Assembly (NCBI GenBank): GCA_020137815.1
Contig: CM035351.1
Location: 1,364,001 to 1,428,000, forward strand
Length of the DNA: 64,000 nt
Direction: 5' to 3'
Source of the DNA: Hormiphora californensis
Lineage: Eukaryota; Animalia; Ctenophora
Numbering within the stretch: the stretch's first letter is position 1; each line of letters opens with the position of its first letter. A program made the translations under genes and the position numbers. The notes beneath the pieces were generated by a model. The model was not told the DNA's origin. It did not search any database and worked only from the letters and a program-made list of their open reading frames with translations. This document shows, piece after piece, positions 28,378 to 41,821 of the stretch.

Positions 28378-31300
28378 ATGCTGTCCTTGCTCGCTCTTCT
28401 TGCTCTCACTGCTTGTGCCACGGGGCAACAACAAGTTCAGGAATTTGGGGATACTATTGATGCATCCTCTGTTCTTGCTGTAAGTTATCTTCCGGTTAAC
28501 AGTTTGAACAGCGCCGCGTTGTACTCTCCCTCGTCCCTGATTGCTTGTTTTTTATCCCATTTCCATGATCATCACTCCTCAAAGCCCACTCCCCTCTGTC
28601 TCCCTCCCCACCCTAACCCGTCCACTCCCCTCTCTCCCCTTCCTACCCCTTCTCCACTCTCCCACCTATAGGTCCAGTCCTAACCCTTCTCCACTCCCCT
28701 CTCTCTCCCCTCCCTAACCCTTCTCCCCACCTATTAGTCCAGTCCTAACCCTTCTCCACTCCCCGCCTATAGGTCCAGTCCTACTCCCCTCTACCTCCCC
28801 TCCCTAACCCTTCTCCACTCCATTCTACCTCGACTCCCTAACCCTTCTCCCCACCTATAGGTCCAGTCCTACTCCCTTCTACCTCCCCTCCCTAACCCTT
28901 CTCCCCACCTTTAGGTCCAATCCTACTCCCCTCTACCTCCCCTCGGCCTCCCTAACCCTTTCCCCCTATCATAGGTCCAGTCCTACTCCGGTGCAGCAGG
29001 TGTGTCACCCCAGATCCGAGAGTTTGAGATCATATCAGGGGGCTCCAGTGGAGATGGTCTCTATCTTCAAGTGGAGATACCTGTGCCACAGCAGAACAAT
29101 ACGTCATCAGAGCACAGCATCTTTGTTATCGACTTTAAACCTTTCTCAGCCACCTCCAATCCCATAGGTATTTTTGGCGGGTTATAGGAATCGTGAATCG
29201 TCCAATCGCGTTACTCAGAATAGGGTACAAACTACACAATCGAGACAAGGTTGTACCTTTCTAGGGTTCACTACAATCTAATATCCCCTCCTAACTAACA
29301 GTTTCCCTCTATATCGATCTCTCCCCTCATGCAGTGAATGATACGATAGATCCCTCTCTGTTGAGTAACTGTTCGAACATCCTGGAACCAGCCCCTCTCT
29401 CAAGCTACTTTCAAACTGAGGCTGACAATGATTCAACCGTCCCTGCTACAACTTCTGTACCCTTCTATGCGGTAAGACAGTCAGTAGTTTCTCGTAGATG
29501 TGATACTGATAATTCATCTTTTAGTGCCTAGCCTGCCCAATGCTGCAACTGTAAGGATATATTTTGTGTCTCTAACACCTAATAATCTTCCCTTTAGGTG
29601 GAGCTAGCAGAAGACAAACAGTCCATCTTGTACACATTCAATGACTCCTACTCCCGGTTCAACTCGTGTGATACTGGGCGGGATGGAGGTATGTGGATCC
29701 CCAGCTCCCAGGGACGGACCACTGAGTATTCCACGGTGTTGGTTGTTAACAATATCTTTGTAAAGGCTGATCAGGGGGAGGGTGGTGATGAGGTTTACAG
29801 TACCGCTTACAGGGCTACTACATTCATACTCACGTGAGTGCTGGGGCACAACAAGTTTCACCCGGTGATTGTGTCAGGCAGGGATGTTATATACCCGGGT
29901 TCTTTTTTGTAAGTTGGTCCCTAAGGCCAGAAAGTTTCTGGACCCTATTTTGACAGTGCGTTCAGATCTCGGCGCTGCCAGACACTTGAGTATTTTGTAT
30001 TTCCATTAACCTGCCCCATAACCTCACACCCCATGATCTCTCCAGGTGGTCTATCAGCCAGTACATCTTTGTGGATGCGGTGGTATCCTCCCAGAAGCGG
30101 GTCTCTGTGGAGCTGGCCTACACCTCCCTCTACCCAGTAATAGAGGGTGACAACAGGGTGACACGAGATATGGTCCTCAATATTGGGTTCAAGACTACCC
30201 TTGAGAAGGCCTTCTCCAACTCTAACATGATGGTACGTATCTGTCCCCTTGGCCACATTGATACCTGAGGAGCGAGAATAGGTTGCAATGGATCCAATCT
30301 GTCCCCGTCCTCAGCGCGGTACCCCTTAACAATAACAAGCTCAGATAGGATGGGCGCCGCTCACTTCGTGTTTTGCTCTCTCTTGTGCGGGTGATCTCTC
30401 CCCCTCTCCCGGCCTTCTCGAATTTCACCACTTAGTCTACCACGGTGAACCAAGTCCAGCTAGCTTCAACTACTACCAGCAATAACAACAAAGGACCAGT
30501 CAACTACAACGCTTACCTACAATCTTCTATCAGATAAGATCGTTCATTCTGTTATTCATTTATTCATTGTATTGTTATGTATGTTTCAGTAATTGTTGTT
30601 GTCAATTTCATAGTTCATAGTTGCCTGTTCACAGTTCTAGGGTGTCTTCTGTCCTGTCAGTTCGGGTATCATTGTTGACCGTGTTTCACGTGCCGGGGTA
30701 GGGGAGTATTTGGCATTAGGTTGTGTCGCCTGTCTCTGTGTTCGTGCTCCCGCACGTATTTTTTTTGGAGTTTTTTTATATAGTTGTTCAGTTCTTGTAT
30801 TTAGGCACTTGGTCCTAGCTGTACTCTTTGGTTCTGCTCCTCTGGCCTCTCCTTAGTCCCTCCCTTTCTTGTTTCCCGTTCCTAGTCAGGTCTGCGTACC
30901 CTCCGGTTGTATTGGGCTAGTGTAGGCTAAGTGTGCCGTGTGGGGTTCCCGCAGTTGTGTTTCCGTGGGGACTGGGGCCTCGTGTGGGCCAGTAGGTTGG
31001 CAGTTAGAGAGGCTTGGCTAAGGGACAGGGGCTGGGCAAGGGGGCTCTTGGTGTGGGGGAGGGGGATCTGGGTTAGTCCCACCTTACTCACTAACACCGA
31101 TCCGAATACGGGTTTCATTCACAGGGCATCTCTCCCGTGCGAGAAAGAGGTAAAGATCTCTCACTCTCCACCTAACCCAAACATGTTGCAGGATCACAAT
31201 ATAGATCTATTGTATTTATCACAATCAACCACCCATTTTCCAGGTGCTTCCTCGTTCCCAATGCTCATCTCCTGTGCAGTTCACGCACAGTGGGCACTAT

Positions 31301-34300
31301 TTCTGTTTCTAGTTGCCTTCTTGGGGCCAGTGGCGACAGCTTCTTCTCCGCTGCCTTTTTTTTTCTCTCGGCTCCCGGAGTTTTCGTCTTGTCTTGGATT
31401 AGATAGGTCTTTTCCAGTTACGGTTCTTCTTCGGATCAGGGGTTCTCTCTCTAGTTGGGACCAGTAGCAGTTTCGTCACTCTGGATCTCGTGGTTGTCTT
31501 CTATTTCATATCTTCTAGTTCGTTGGTCTCCTTCTCTATCGCCGGTCTCTCTCATCTTTATCTCTCCTGCCGATCCCTTTTCATCACCTTTTTCTCCATT
31601 CTCCAAGGGGGTTTTGGATGTCATCCCGTAATTTCTTAATGGAGGTCTTCCTGGAATGTGGAGATAATCATCGCTGTTGGCACTTAACTAATTACTGGAG
31701 GTCTAATTGGGTTCTTCACTCTGGACCCGGCTTCTATTTCGTCACCTTCCTGGAGCGGGGTTCCCTCGTCTGTCTGATGTCTCTCTGTCTCTCTCACTGT
31801 CTGTCTCTCTCATCTCACGCCTATCTCACGATCACAACGGGGGGGGGGGGATATCTGGTGTGTGGGATGGGGTTAATTGGAGTTATTATCTTTCTCGGGT
31901 GGGCCATATTATGGGAGACGATATCCTGTAGAATAGTGGTTGACCATGTATAAGGTCCAAATAAGGCACAGCACTTTTCTGAATCAGCTTTTCAAGACGA
32001 ATCCAACGCAACCGGAATTAGCTTTCTATCTCATCGGGAAGTGCTGGGTCTGGAACCTTCATTTTTAGTCATTTTTCGGTGCGCGGGCCAATCAGAGGCC
32101 TTTATTTTGAAATCCAGGCCTCTGATTGGCTCGCGCACCGAAAAATGAGCAAAAATGAGCAAAAACGAAAATGCCAGACCCAGCACTTCCCGATGAGATA
32201 GAAAGCTAATTCCGGTTGCGTTGGATTCGTCTTGAAAAGCTGATTCAGAAAAGCTCTGTGCCATATTTGGGCGTTATACATGGTCAACCACTACTGTAGA
32301 ATAGTCCATCCATAAAAAGTTATCATACCATGCAATCACCTCATAAGTACATACTTAGTTATCCAGCACGCACCTTCATACATTACATCTGCTTGCTAAC
32401 CAAGTCTTGCCTTCATTGCGTGTAGAGTTGACCAATGATTCCTTCCCTGGCCTCACTAGATCGGTTGGAGAATGGAGGGCTTTGGGGGCTACTTCTGCCT
32501 AATTAGGCTACTCCTTGGGGTTGGGGTGTTCTGTTGGGTTGGGTGGGGGATGGTAAGGTTGTCCGCTGTAGGTCTCCAGTTTTCATTGGTCGGCTCTGTT
32601 AACCCTTCTTCTATTTATCTCTCTCTCTATATCTCTCTCTCTCTCTCTCTCTCTCGCTATCAACAGTACGTAAAGTACGTTTATAGGAGCCAGCTCCCTC
32701 TCTTTCTCTCTCTTTCTCTCTCTCTCTTTCTCTGTGTTTTTTCTTTCCCTATCCCCTGAGCCTAATACCACGATGCATGAACACAAAATACAATCATGAA
32801 CAGCATACGGCGCTCACTCCTTGACACTCATGACCGATAACGAAGCATCACGAACATTGCCCTTGCCCGCTTCATTCCCCAAACTATACACATCTGTGCT
32901 GCAAAGTGCATTAAGGTTGTACCGTCAAACGCTATGCCCACAAGCCTGGTTGATTTTATACTGTAACTGCCTGTAGGGCGGAGCCAGGCCTGGGTTTTGA
33001 CACTCAAAGCGGGTCGGCACCGCCAGACAGGTAATGGCCAGCATGATTAGGCAGAGTACCAGTGATTGGGTACCTAAAGGCAGTATTCCGGCCCTAACTA
33101 CCGGGATCAAACAGGTGGCTGTGAAAATAACATCTGTCAAACCGTGGCACATATGGCCAGGATACATGGTGTGTAACAGGGAGTGACAAATGTTAGCACG
33201 GGGACGATCCAAAAAAAAAGAAAAAAGGATGGGCGCCGCCAGACAAGACGTAGGTATCACGTTATCTTTACCTAAGTCCCCCTCCCAACCACTCATGTAT
33301 TTTATATCAGGGTTCATATCAGGCTCATAACCACGGCATAATTTCTGATCCTCTCATCACTTCAGAAATACGAATCTGACAAGGCCCATCTGTTGCTGGA
33401 TGGTGCCAGTATAGCTGCCGCCTCTACCAACCCCCACCCTCGGTGTGCTGACCAAGGACCCAACGAGGATACCTGCAAGCAAACCTGGGACTTCAACTTG
33501 GTCATACCAGATACATACTTTGGTGGGTAATTTTAATTTTTATGAACAATCACCAATGTTCATAGGGACCAATTAGTTTATCACACAACCCCTACAGGAA
33601 CTAGGGAGCTGTCGGGGTCATTCTTCTACCGGTTAGAGCTGGTTAGGTGTGATGATCTGAATGGGGATCTGAACTTGTGTGCACCTCAGAGCACCGGACT
33701 GGGAGAGGAAATCGTGGCTACTATCACCCTTGATAACATCGTAGAGGTGGGTAGTAGCTGACGATGCTAGGGGGAACTTGGAGTGTTGAAGTTTGAACTC
33801 TAAGTTGGATTTGAGTCACTCATCTCCAAGTTACTCCCCCAGCATTGTCCCAAACACCCAATGTACCTACATGAGTTGGGAAAGATTGGAGAATTTTAGA
33901 CTTTATTTCTCTTTTCTAAAGTTTGATTTCTTGTTCAGGTTAGGAGTGATAAGGAGACAGGTCTACAATTGAAGGTTGTTAGTGTTCGAGATCCCTCTGG
34001 TCAGGCTGACTTCCTCTTTGGGTCTGATTCCCAATCCTCCAGGTTATAAATTGTGCCTTTTATTTTTCCTGTCTGATTCTGAAACACTCGAAAATACACC
34101 CAAATTAGATAAGTACCCGTCAGATATTAGTTCCCCCAGACAGTTCGTTCATGTGTGAATCGACATCCGGGGTTTCACCGTGAATTAGAATATTGTTGAG
34201 CTCCTGAGCTAATCCTGCTCCTTTCTTTCAGGGGTATCTACCATCGAGAAGAAGTGGAGATCTGGCTGGCACCTGCCCGGAACTACCCTCTAATCACCCA

Positions 34301-35387
34301 ATATGGGTTAGAGTTGGTTGCCTTCCTAGTCTGTATTGATAGCAAAGTGCCAGTTGGGGCAAAGAAGGTACGTTACTTTTTGAGTACCCACAGTGTGGGT
34401 CCCACACCCTCTCTCCTCCTCTCCCTAGGGCTCTCCAACACTCCCCTCTCCAACCCTCACACTCTCCCTATAGTCTCCTCTCCCAGCTCCCTCACACTCC
34501 CCCTATAGTCTCCTCTTCCTCACACCTTCCCTATAGTCTCAATTCCACACACTCCCCTCTCTATTCTGATCCCCTAAGGCTATCCCACACTTCCTCTCAT
34601 TCAGGGTTGTCTAGAAGCTGCTCAGGAAGACCGGTATATTGCCCATCTGGCTGACGACCTGGAACTAACTGTCAGTGGCCAGTTCTACAAGGCGTCTGAC
34701 TTCGAGGCTCCAAAACAGCAGCTAACAACCAACGAGTGGTTTTCTAGTAAGCAGCAGTACCAGATTGGGTTTACTAACTTGGCACTTAGTGGACAGACTC
34801 GGGTCTACAAAATTACCATGGTGTTCAAGATCAAATCTCCGGAGAGGTAATTGGGGGTTTAGGGGTTGTTTTTGAGTAGTTTACTATCCGCCATCCGGCA
34901 AGCGTTTAGCTTCTGTCTTTTGTTTACTTGTCCCCAGTCTCAAATGATCTTATATCTCCCCTCCTAACCCCCTGCCCCCTCTGTAGAACTAAACGGTATG
35001 CGATGGTGCACGAGATGGTAAGGAGATCTACCAGTGAGGAGGAGGAGGGACAGAGTGAGGCAGGGGAGGACAATGAGGACGTGTCTGTCAGTGTGAACCT
35101 GGCAATGGGGGGTTGCCCAGGAAACAAGGAATTCGTTGGAGTGGTACGTTTAGCTTTTATAACCAACTAAGTAATTTCATCTCGTAAACCCGGTTTAAAA
35201 CCGACCACAACCTCCACATAGCCAACCATGACCTCATTTTCATTCCCAACATGTTCAAGAAATTTACTAACATCTTGCACGCCAACAGGACGAGCCGTGT
35301 TCTGGAGGACAGAGGAAAAGTCGCTGTAATGTTGTGCTTGTAGCGATTTGTGTTATGATTTTTTCAATTTTTACATGTTTGAAATGA
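28378..35387 (+). CDS. Multi-exon secreted, C-terminally anchored protein of unknown family (weak resemblance to FRAS1/FREM C-terminal or ZP-like ECM modules)
   Basis: Signal peptide MLSLLALLALTACATG; about 12 GT-AG exons; basic RTKR/RR sites near the C-terminus, then a hydrophobic tail VVLVAICVMIFSIFTCLK*. Confidence 0.65.
28600..28990 (+). repeat. Intronic minisatellite built from the 3' splice site plus exon start (about 6 copies)
   Basis: CCTAACCCTTCTCCCCACCTATAG|GTCCAGTCCTA repeated; the last AG (28974) opens the exon VQSYSGAAG. Confidence 0.88.
31934..32293. mobile_element. hAT-type palindromic MITE, 8-bp TSD, intronic
   Basis: CTGTAGAA|TAGTGGTTGACCATGTATAA ... TTATACATGGTCAACCACTA|CTGTAGAA. 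Confidence 0.92.
32971..33030 (-). mobile_element. 60-bp mini element (CTGT...ACAG family), degenerate 8-bp TSD
   Basis: Reverse complement CTGTCTGGCGGTGCCGACCCGCTTTGAG...CCGCCCTACAG aligns by eye with 39999-40056; flanks GTAACTGC / GTAATGGC. Confidence 0.6.
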
Positions 35388-35801
35388 AATTAAGTTGAGA
35401 AAACAAAGTAAAATTGTCTAATTTATTGGTGTTGGGCAAGAAATGTTAACTGGAAATGTACAAAGTTACAATACAAACAATAAAATGGTGCACGGGTATA
35501 ATAGGTAGGGGCTATCTGATATCTGATAACAGGGGGCCATACACTGATAGCACACCAGCTCCGTTACTTCTTCTCTCTCACACACAATATCATAACCCAT
35601 CATAATCGCATCTCTCCCTTCTCACTCATCATTTCGTCTTCTCTTATCTTCTCACTCATAATCTCGTCTTCTCTGGGGGAATTTTAGGCTACCAACACGA
35701 ATTTAATGTCAACACACTACTACTAGGTTTCATACACTTCCTTCATATATACTTCCATCTATAAATAAAACTTCATAATATATTGTCCCTGTTCACATCT
35801 C

Positions 35802-38800
35802 TCAGTCCATGAAGTGTGGGGAACCTAGGACCGATATTCCCACATAGACTCCGCCCTCGTTGTCATGTCTGCTTTTAGTTCTCACCAGTAGACCATGATT
35901 CTCACTCCGCACCACATCACCACCCTCACTGATGTAGGTGGAGTAGAACCCAATCTGAGAAATGGAAGAAGGGAGGGGGTTAGGAACAAATTCATAGCTA
36001 ACGGCCTGTTCACTCTAATAGTTAGTGGAGGTGGTACTACCCAAGATATTCCTGTTTTCTTCTCATATATGTAACTTGTATGAGAAGAAAACATGAAAAT
36101 CAGGGGCAGTACCACCACTGGTAGTACCTGTATGTTCTCCTATTTCTCACCTCGGATACTGATTGAAGGGTGGGGGTAAACTTTCCACCCCTGAAGAATC
36201 TCATTTCTGTGACTGGAGGAGTAATGCGTCTCATCAGGATATACTGCTGTCTGGCGGGGTCCCCTGCTAGCTCCACTAGCCTGTCCCTCATCTCCCCCTC
36301 CCAGAAGTTGTTACCACCTCCCTCTCTCTGGGGCTTCATCACGTACCGCTCCGGGCTGTCTATAGCTACAGGGGAGGGAGAGTTGGTTAGAACAATCATG
36401 AGATCTTGGGTACGTGATCCCTTTCTCTCTCAGCCCCTCTCTGTTAAGAGAGGGGCACCCCGTACCCAACATGAGATCAGAGTAGATCTGGTCAGGTGGT
36501 TGTTATAACAACAGTTCTAAAATCAACAATTTACCTAGTTGAGCGTTTCTGTCCCCTTCCTCGGTAGACTCGAGGGTGAGAGTATCATGAAATAACTCTA
36601 AGACCTCATCAGCCCTATCAGTGTATTTAGACAGGATATCCCTCTTTGCCAGGGACAGTTGAAATAGTTTCATATTCACAATCTGGTGGGGTATAGACGG
36701 GACCTGGAGGGGGAGATGGTTGGTGAGTGGGCCGTGGAGCATAAACGGGACCTGGAGGGGGAGAGGGGGTTGTAAGTGGGGTATAGACGGAACCTGGAGA
36801 GGGAGAGGGGTTGTAAGTGGGGTATAGACGGGACCTGGAGGGGGAGAGGGGTGGTAAGTGGAGTATAGACGGGACCTGGAAAGGGAGAGGGGTTGTAAGT
36901 GGGTAGGAGAGGGGACCTGGAGGGAGAGAGGGGGTTGTAAGTGGGGTATAGACGGGACCTGGAGAGGGAGAGGGTGGTGAGTCGGCCGTGGGGTATAGAT
37001 GGGACCTGGAGGGGGTTTTAAGTGGGGTATAGAGGGGACCTGGAGAGGGAGAGGGGTTGTAAGTGGGGTATAGACGGGACCTGGAGAGGGGTGGTAAGTG
37101 GGGTATAGACGGGACCTGGAGGGAGAGGGGTTGGTGGAAAACTGGCATAGATAGAAAAGTAAACACATATAAGCACACTCCATCATACGGAAACTTTCCC
37201 ATAGTGGTTTTGGGGCAGATTGAAATATATCTGCCATCACCCTCCCCATTTACCTGTGTTAGTACCCACCCTCTTCAAACAAAGAGAAGTACGCCCAATG
37301 AGGCGCCCCGATCTGCCACAGCACTCATTCCCCCAGCCCCCCCCCCCCCAAATATGAATTTTGTACTCACCGGTATAGCTCGAGACAGCTCAATTTTCCG
37401 TCTCATCTCCCAAGATCCCTCTAGAAACTGGTCAGGATCGTAGAGACTCCTCAGATAGAACACCGACACCTCCTGTCCAGACACCCTGCACCTCCCATCA
37501 CCACCCACAGTGAGGTGTTTCGTCAGCTCGGCAACCTCGTACCGGACCATTCTTACACCTCTATCATTCACACTGTTTATTAAGTGCTGTGGAGAGAGAA
37601 GGGGGTGGTTGTGAATGGTGTTGAGGAATGGGGTTCAATAGTTGAACACTTCAACTTGAGAGAAGGGCAGGCCAACTTGAAACTAATTCAAAAATATCCG
37701 ATTACCTGTTGATCAAAGTAGTTAAAGTCAAGTGTGTTGCCTACACAGGCCAGCACTATATCCTGGCCCTCGAGGGAGTTCCTGGCAAGGTAGAGGTTGT
37801 GGGCAGTCACCAGTGCATCAGCGAAACCTAGAGAGATGGTATGGTACATCACATGGGGTCAAGTTAATCGACCTTCACTTGAGCTAAATCACAATAACGA
37901 AGTGGTAGCAAGGTCCTAGACATGTTCAGTACCTGCTACCGTGGAGTCAACTGGTCGAGTAGGGTTGTGGGCCCGTCCATGCATCCGATTAACCCCATCC
38001 GCTAAAGACCCCATACTGGCAGCTGCGAGATTGAACTCAACCTAGGGATATCATGTGGTTTAGTCTGGTAGAGATAGTAGGGACGATAGTGTCAGGTTCA
38101 GAGATCTAGGAAAAAGTGGTTTCCATGGAAAGGGGTGTTTGAGGCGAGTATACGGGTACACTTAGTTTTCGCTTGAAGGGCGCTGGCAAGCGTCAGGGAC
38201 GTGGTTTGTGTAAGGGTGGGAACCACGTGGGATTATCAAGATAAGCTAAGAGGTCTTGTTTAGTCCGCTATACAATGATATGATCCATCAAGATATATCA
38301 CATACCAATTTGAACTGTCCATGTCTGAAGGCATTCTCCCCCGTTGGATCGTCTGTATGAAACATGAAGTCATGTCTGTTTAGCATTAGACTCGGTTTAG
38401 ACAGGTGTTCAGGGGTCATCTCCCGGTAAATATCGAGGTGACCTGAAAGCAGGTCAATAATTTTTGGGAGAGAGAGAAATGTTATTTCCAGGCTAGAAAT
38501 AAACTACCAGGCCAATACTCCACTACACACATATCACACTCAGTCTGTATTAGTTTGACTCGCTCAGACATGTGGATGAGTAGCTGCACTAGTTCAGGTG
38601 TTTACATTTTCATTGTACTTACATCTAACAAAATCATCGTGAGATGCTATGTCACTGAGTGAGTCGATGATAAACTGTTCATCTCGGGATGCCAGATCCA
38701 GGATACGGTTTAGTTCTGGTTGGAGGTTCCGGGCAGCAGTATAAGCTGTACTGCAGATCCGGGTCGAGGAACATGCTACGGTGATGGGGACAACACTATC

Positions 38801-38986
38801 GCCCTGTGTGGGACATGTGTGAGGAAGGGGAACATGGTAAAAACCTAGATAAACATCTTAGTGAGCGAGGGGAATTTAACACAATCTTTCCCTGACAGTT
38901 AAAAACCAACTTACGTTTTCCAAAAGGAAAGCAAGGCCACGTGATAAGAGTTCTGCTTTCAGTGCCTTTTCCTCATAACTCCCCAT
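35802..38986 (-). CDS. GSS: Glutathione synthetase (eukaryotic type), multi-exon
   Basis: LNRHDFM, VEFNLAAASMGSL, VFYLRSLYDPDQF, YVMKPQREGGGNNFW, YILMRRI, VSE/IG, LLVRTK...EGGV. Confidence 0.93.
36685..37135 (-). repeat. Intronic minisatellite (~40 bp, about 11 copies) built from the 3' splice site plus exon start
   Basis: Minus strand ...CCCCTCTCCCTCTCCAG|GTCCCGTCTATACCCCAC repeated; the last CAG (36706-36704) opens the exon VPSIPHQIVNMK. Confidence 0.9.
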
Positions 38987-39591
38987 CACACCCACACCAC
39001 ACTGCTATAATAGCACACCTATAACACAACGTGAAGAGAGCAGGGGTCAGTATAAGACGTGGGAAATAATATATCAAGTCTCAGAAAAATGGTATTTATA
39101 CGATTTTGATAATGTGGAATATGTGCAAGGCAGTTTACATCATCAATGATTCAATAATAGTATTAAATTCAGTAGCACATAGAATTCCAAATTGAATTTC
39201 AACAAATTATGGCCCTTGGCCTTCTCAGTTGCAGGAAATTCCTGAGGAATTAGGTAATTCCCCCAGAATAATCCAGCTCACCAGGTCGACATCTTCAGAC
39301 AAAAGACATGATAAACAGACAAAGACGCTAAATTATCCCAATCAAAAGAAGAACTGGCACAATGAACTACCTGACACATGCCACTCTAGATCATTGTCCA
39401 GTAACTTATTTCCATGGTTTTGCATCTCTACTTCATCTCTACTTGCCATACAGTGAATCCCTCTACATATCCCTGGACCTCTAAACATACTAACCCGTGC
39501 CTCCCAAAACAAAAGAGATAAATGTCAACACTACAGTCGCTGGTACTACTAATGGTCGCCTGTATTATAGTGGGTGGAGCAACCTTGAGCT

Positions 39592-39868
39592 CCCGGTGCC
39601 CGGATATTGCAAATACCCAAGAGATTAATACCCTTAATTTGGCAGCAAATCAAGGGTAAGGCAGCAAATTGATCTAACCGGTGACCTTTTTTAGATAACT
39701 AATTGATAAGATTATGCTGCCAGCAGCAATTGGACCGATCGCGGACTGCCATCGGACAAATTTCGATTCACGAGGCAGCAAATCGGCAGCAAATTGAAAA
39801 AATTTTGGCAGCAAAAGTGACACGTGAAATCCGTATTTATCGAAAATTTTTATAATCCGGGCACCGGG
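39592..39868. mobile_element. MITE with 14-bp TIRs, 8-bp TSD and GGCAGCAAAT subrepeats
   Basis: CTTGAGCT|CCCGGTGCCCGGAT ... ATCCGGGCACCGGG|CTTGAGCT. Confidence 0.85.
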
Positions 39869-39998
39869 CTTGAGCTGCTATAGCTGTGCCGAATTTGTAC
39901 AAACTGAAGGACAGCTTGGAGTCTACAGTGACAACAGGTATTATAGGGTATTAGGGCGTCGTGTGGCTAGTGTTATAGCCTATATTGACAGTACTGAA

Positions 39999-40056
39999 CT
40001 GTCTGGCGCCGCTGACCCCATCTGAGAATCAAATGGGGTATGGCGCCGCCATACAG
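39999..40056. mobile_element. 58-bp mini element (CTGT...ACAG family) with 8-bp TSD
   Basis: GTACTGAA|CTGTCTGGCG ... CGCCATACAG|GTACTGAA. Confidence 0.82.
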
Positions 40057-40567
40057 GTACTGAATGACTGTTTGTTGCTTCTCACAGTCACCAAAGTTGA
40101 AGCCAGCAAATCAAAGAAACATGTACACTAGAAATAATCAACCTCCTCCTGTGTTTAAACACAACTACATGCACGGTATAAACAGTTAGTTGCACACTTG
40201 GTAGTTGCACACCACCACTATGCATTGTTGGACAGAGTACAGAGAAAAGTTAGGGGCTATCTCAGCCTATCTGTGCAGTTTTCTTTTGAATAAAATTTAA
40301 AAAAGGTTAAAGGGTATTGCTCATTTACTAGGTTTAACTTTTACACCACTGTTACAATTAGGTATTGCCTATTTTCAGACTAGTGGAAAGCTGTCCAATG
40401 GAGCAGTGTGGAAGAAGAGAGAGGAACTGTTTCTCCCTGTCCTATATTAATGGCACCACCCCCGTCCACTACAGGGCCTGTCTAGGGAGAAGTTTCTTTG
40501 GGGACTGGAGTGAGAAACAAGTGACTAGAGCGCTACAGAAAAAGGGAGCCCATTCCGTCACGAACTG

Positions 40568-40655
40568 TTGGTATCGAAGACACCTCACACTCGCGGCCTT
40601 CGTTTGGCGTGCTTCGCACGCCGCGCCGGCAAGGGAGGGGTAACTTCGTTACCAA
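40568..40655. mobile_element. ~90-bp TIR element with flanking direct repeat (9-bp CACGAACTG, or 5-bp CGAAC if the termini are TGT...ACA)
   Basis: CACGAACTG|TTGGTATCGAAG ... CTTCGTTACCAA|CACGAACTG. Confidence 0.72.
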
Positions 40656-40921
40656 CACGAACTGGCAGACATGCGACACTGACGGCTGTAACTAGTGCTC
40701 GCTTGTGAGAGAAAGAAGGAGTGAAGACGGGGTGAAGACACATAAACAGTGCAGAACATAAATAGAAAACGATCTAGCATATAAAATAGACAGTCGGCAA
40801 TGTTATAAATTACCACACATGTGAACTATACTATAACACGAGCCAGGAGTTGTTATTCAACTATAAGCGTTACACTTACAAGAAACAATCACAGTGACCA
40901 CATCACTCCCTTTTCCTTGTA

Positions 40922-41821
40922 TTAGAGTGATCCATAATGATTTTCAATCGCCCCTTTTGAGTCCACATTGATACTGGGGACCAAAAAATTTTACAGAAGC
41001 GATCAGTTTGGACAATTTTGGAACCCATTGACCATGTTTGAAGTTCATGATGGTTTTACGTAACCGGTGACGGACAATTTCTGAAGTTCAGCTTTTTTAC
41101 GGTCTACGTGCCCAAAAATCAGGTCTCAATGTTAGCCTTGTAGAAGCCGTCAACAGATACAGATCGAGTCAGGGCTCCTTGTAGGGCTAGAATGACCTCT
41201 TTTGAGGATATTTGAGGAAAATCAAGTTCTTTCGATTTTCACCCTTGATTTTGTGGGCTATTTTTAGATTTCAGTCAAAAAGCACTTTTTTCACTTTGAA
41301 TTGCTGTCGCCCTGGACCTAGTGGGTCTTTTGTCAAGATTTAGCGCTCAAAATATGAATTAAACCATGCTCTACATGATCCTAAAGTTTATTGATGGTTT
41401 TGAGTGTCTTAGAAGGTCTAAAATTGAAGTTGAAAAAAGTCGCCCATAAATGGGCAAATTTTTCTGGCTTTTGGGGCCATATTTTGAGCAATTATTAGCC
41501 CCCTACTCCAATCCCGCAACTTTTTCGGCCCAAATTTGGTTGTTTGCCATAAAAACTGATAGAATGGACTACTTCATGTGTAAAATAGGTCATTTCCCAA
41601 AATTTTTGCTTCCATTTTGACGATTTTTTGGAAAGTGAGACGGTATTTTGGTCAACCACTTGGAAATGGGGTGTAGCCTTGAGAAAAAAGTTTACCAGGT
41701 CTTTACTAAGGATGTTAGGAGACCGAAATTGTGTCAGGAACAAGATCCTATAAAAATTTTATGGCCCCGATAAACATGAAGCAAAAAAATCGCAATTGAA
41801 AATCATTATGGATCATTCTAA
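40922..41821. mobile_element. 900-bp non-autonomous Tc1/mariner-like element, TA TSD
   Basis: TA|TTAGAGTGATCCATAATGATTTTCAAT ... ATTGAAAATCATTATGGATCATTCTAA|TA. Confidence 0.78.

Noticed and set aside
30430-31900. Possible degenerate LINE ORF1 (Cys-rich, PHD-like) on the minus strand in an intron
   Set aside because: Too decayed to support without a profile search.
36503-37249. Proline-rich extensin-like ORFs
   Set aside because: They are the intronic acceptor array of GSS; only the last unit is exonic.
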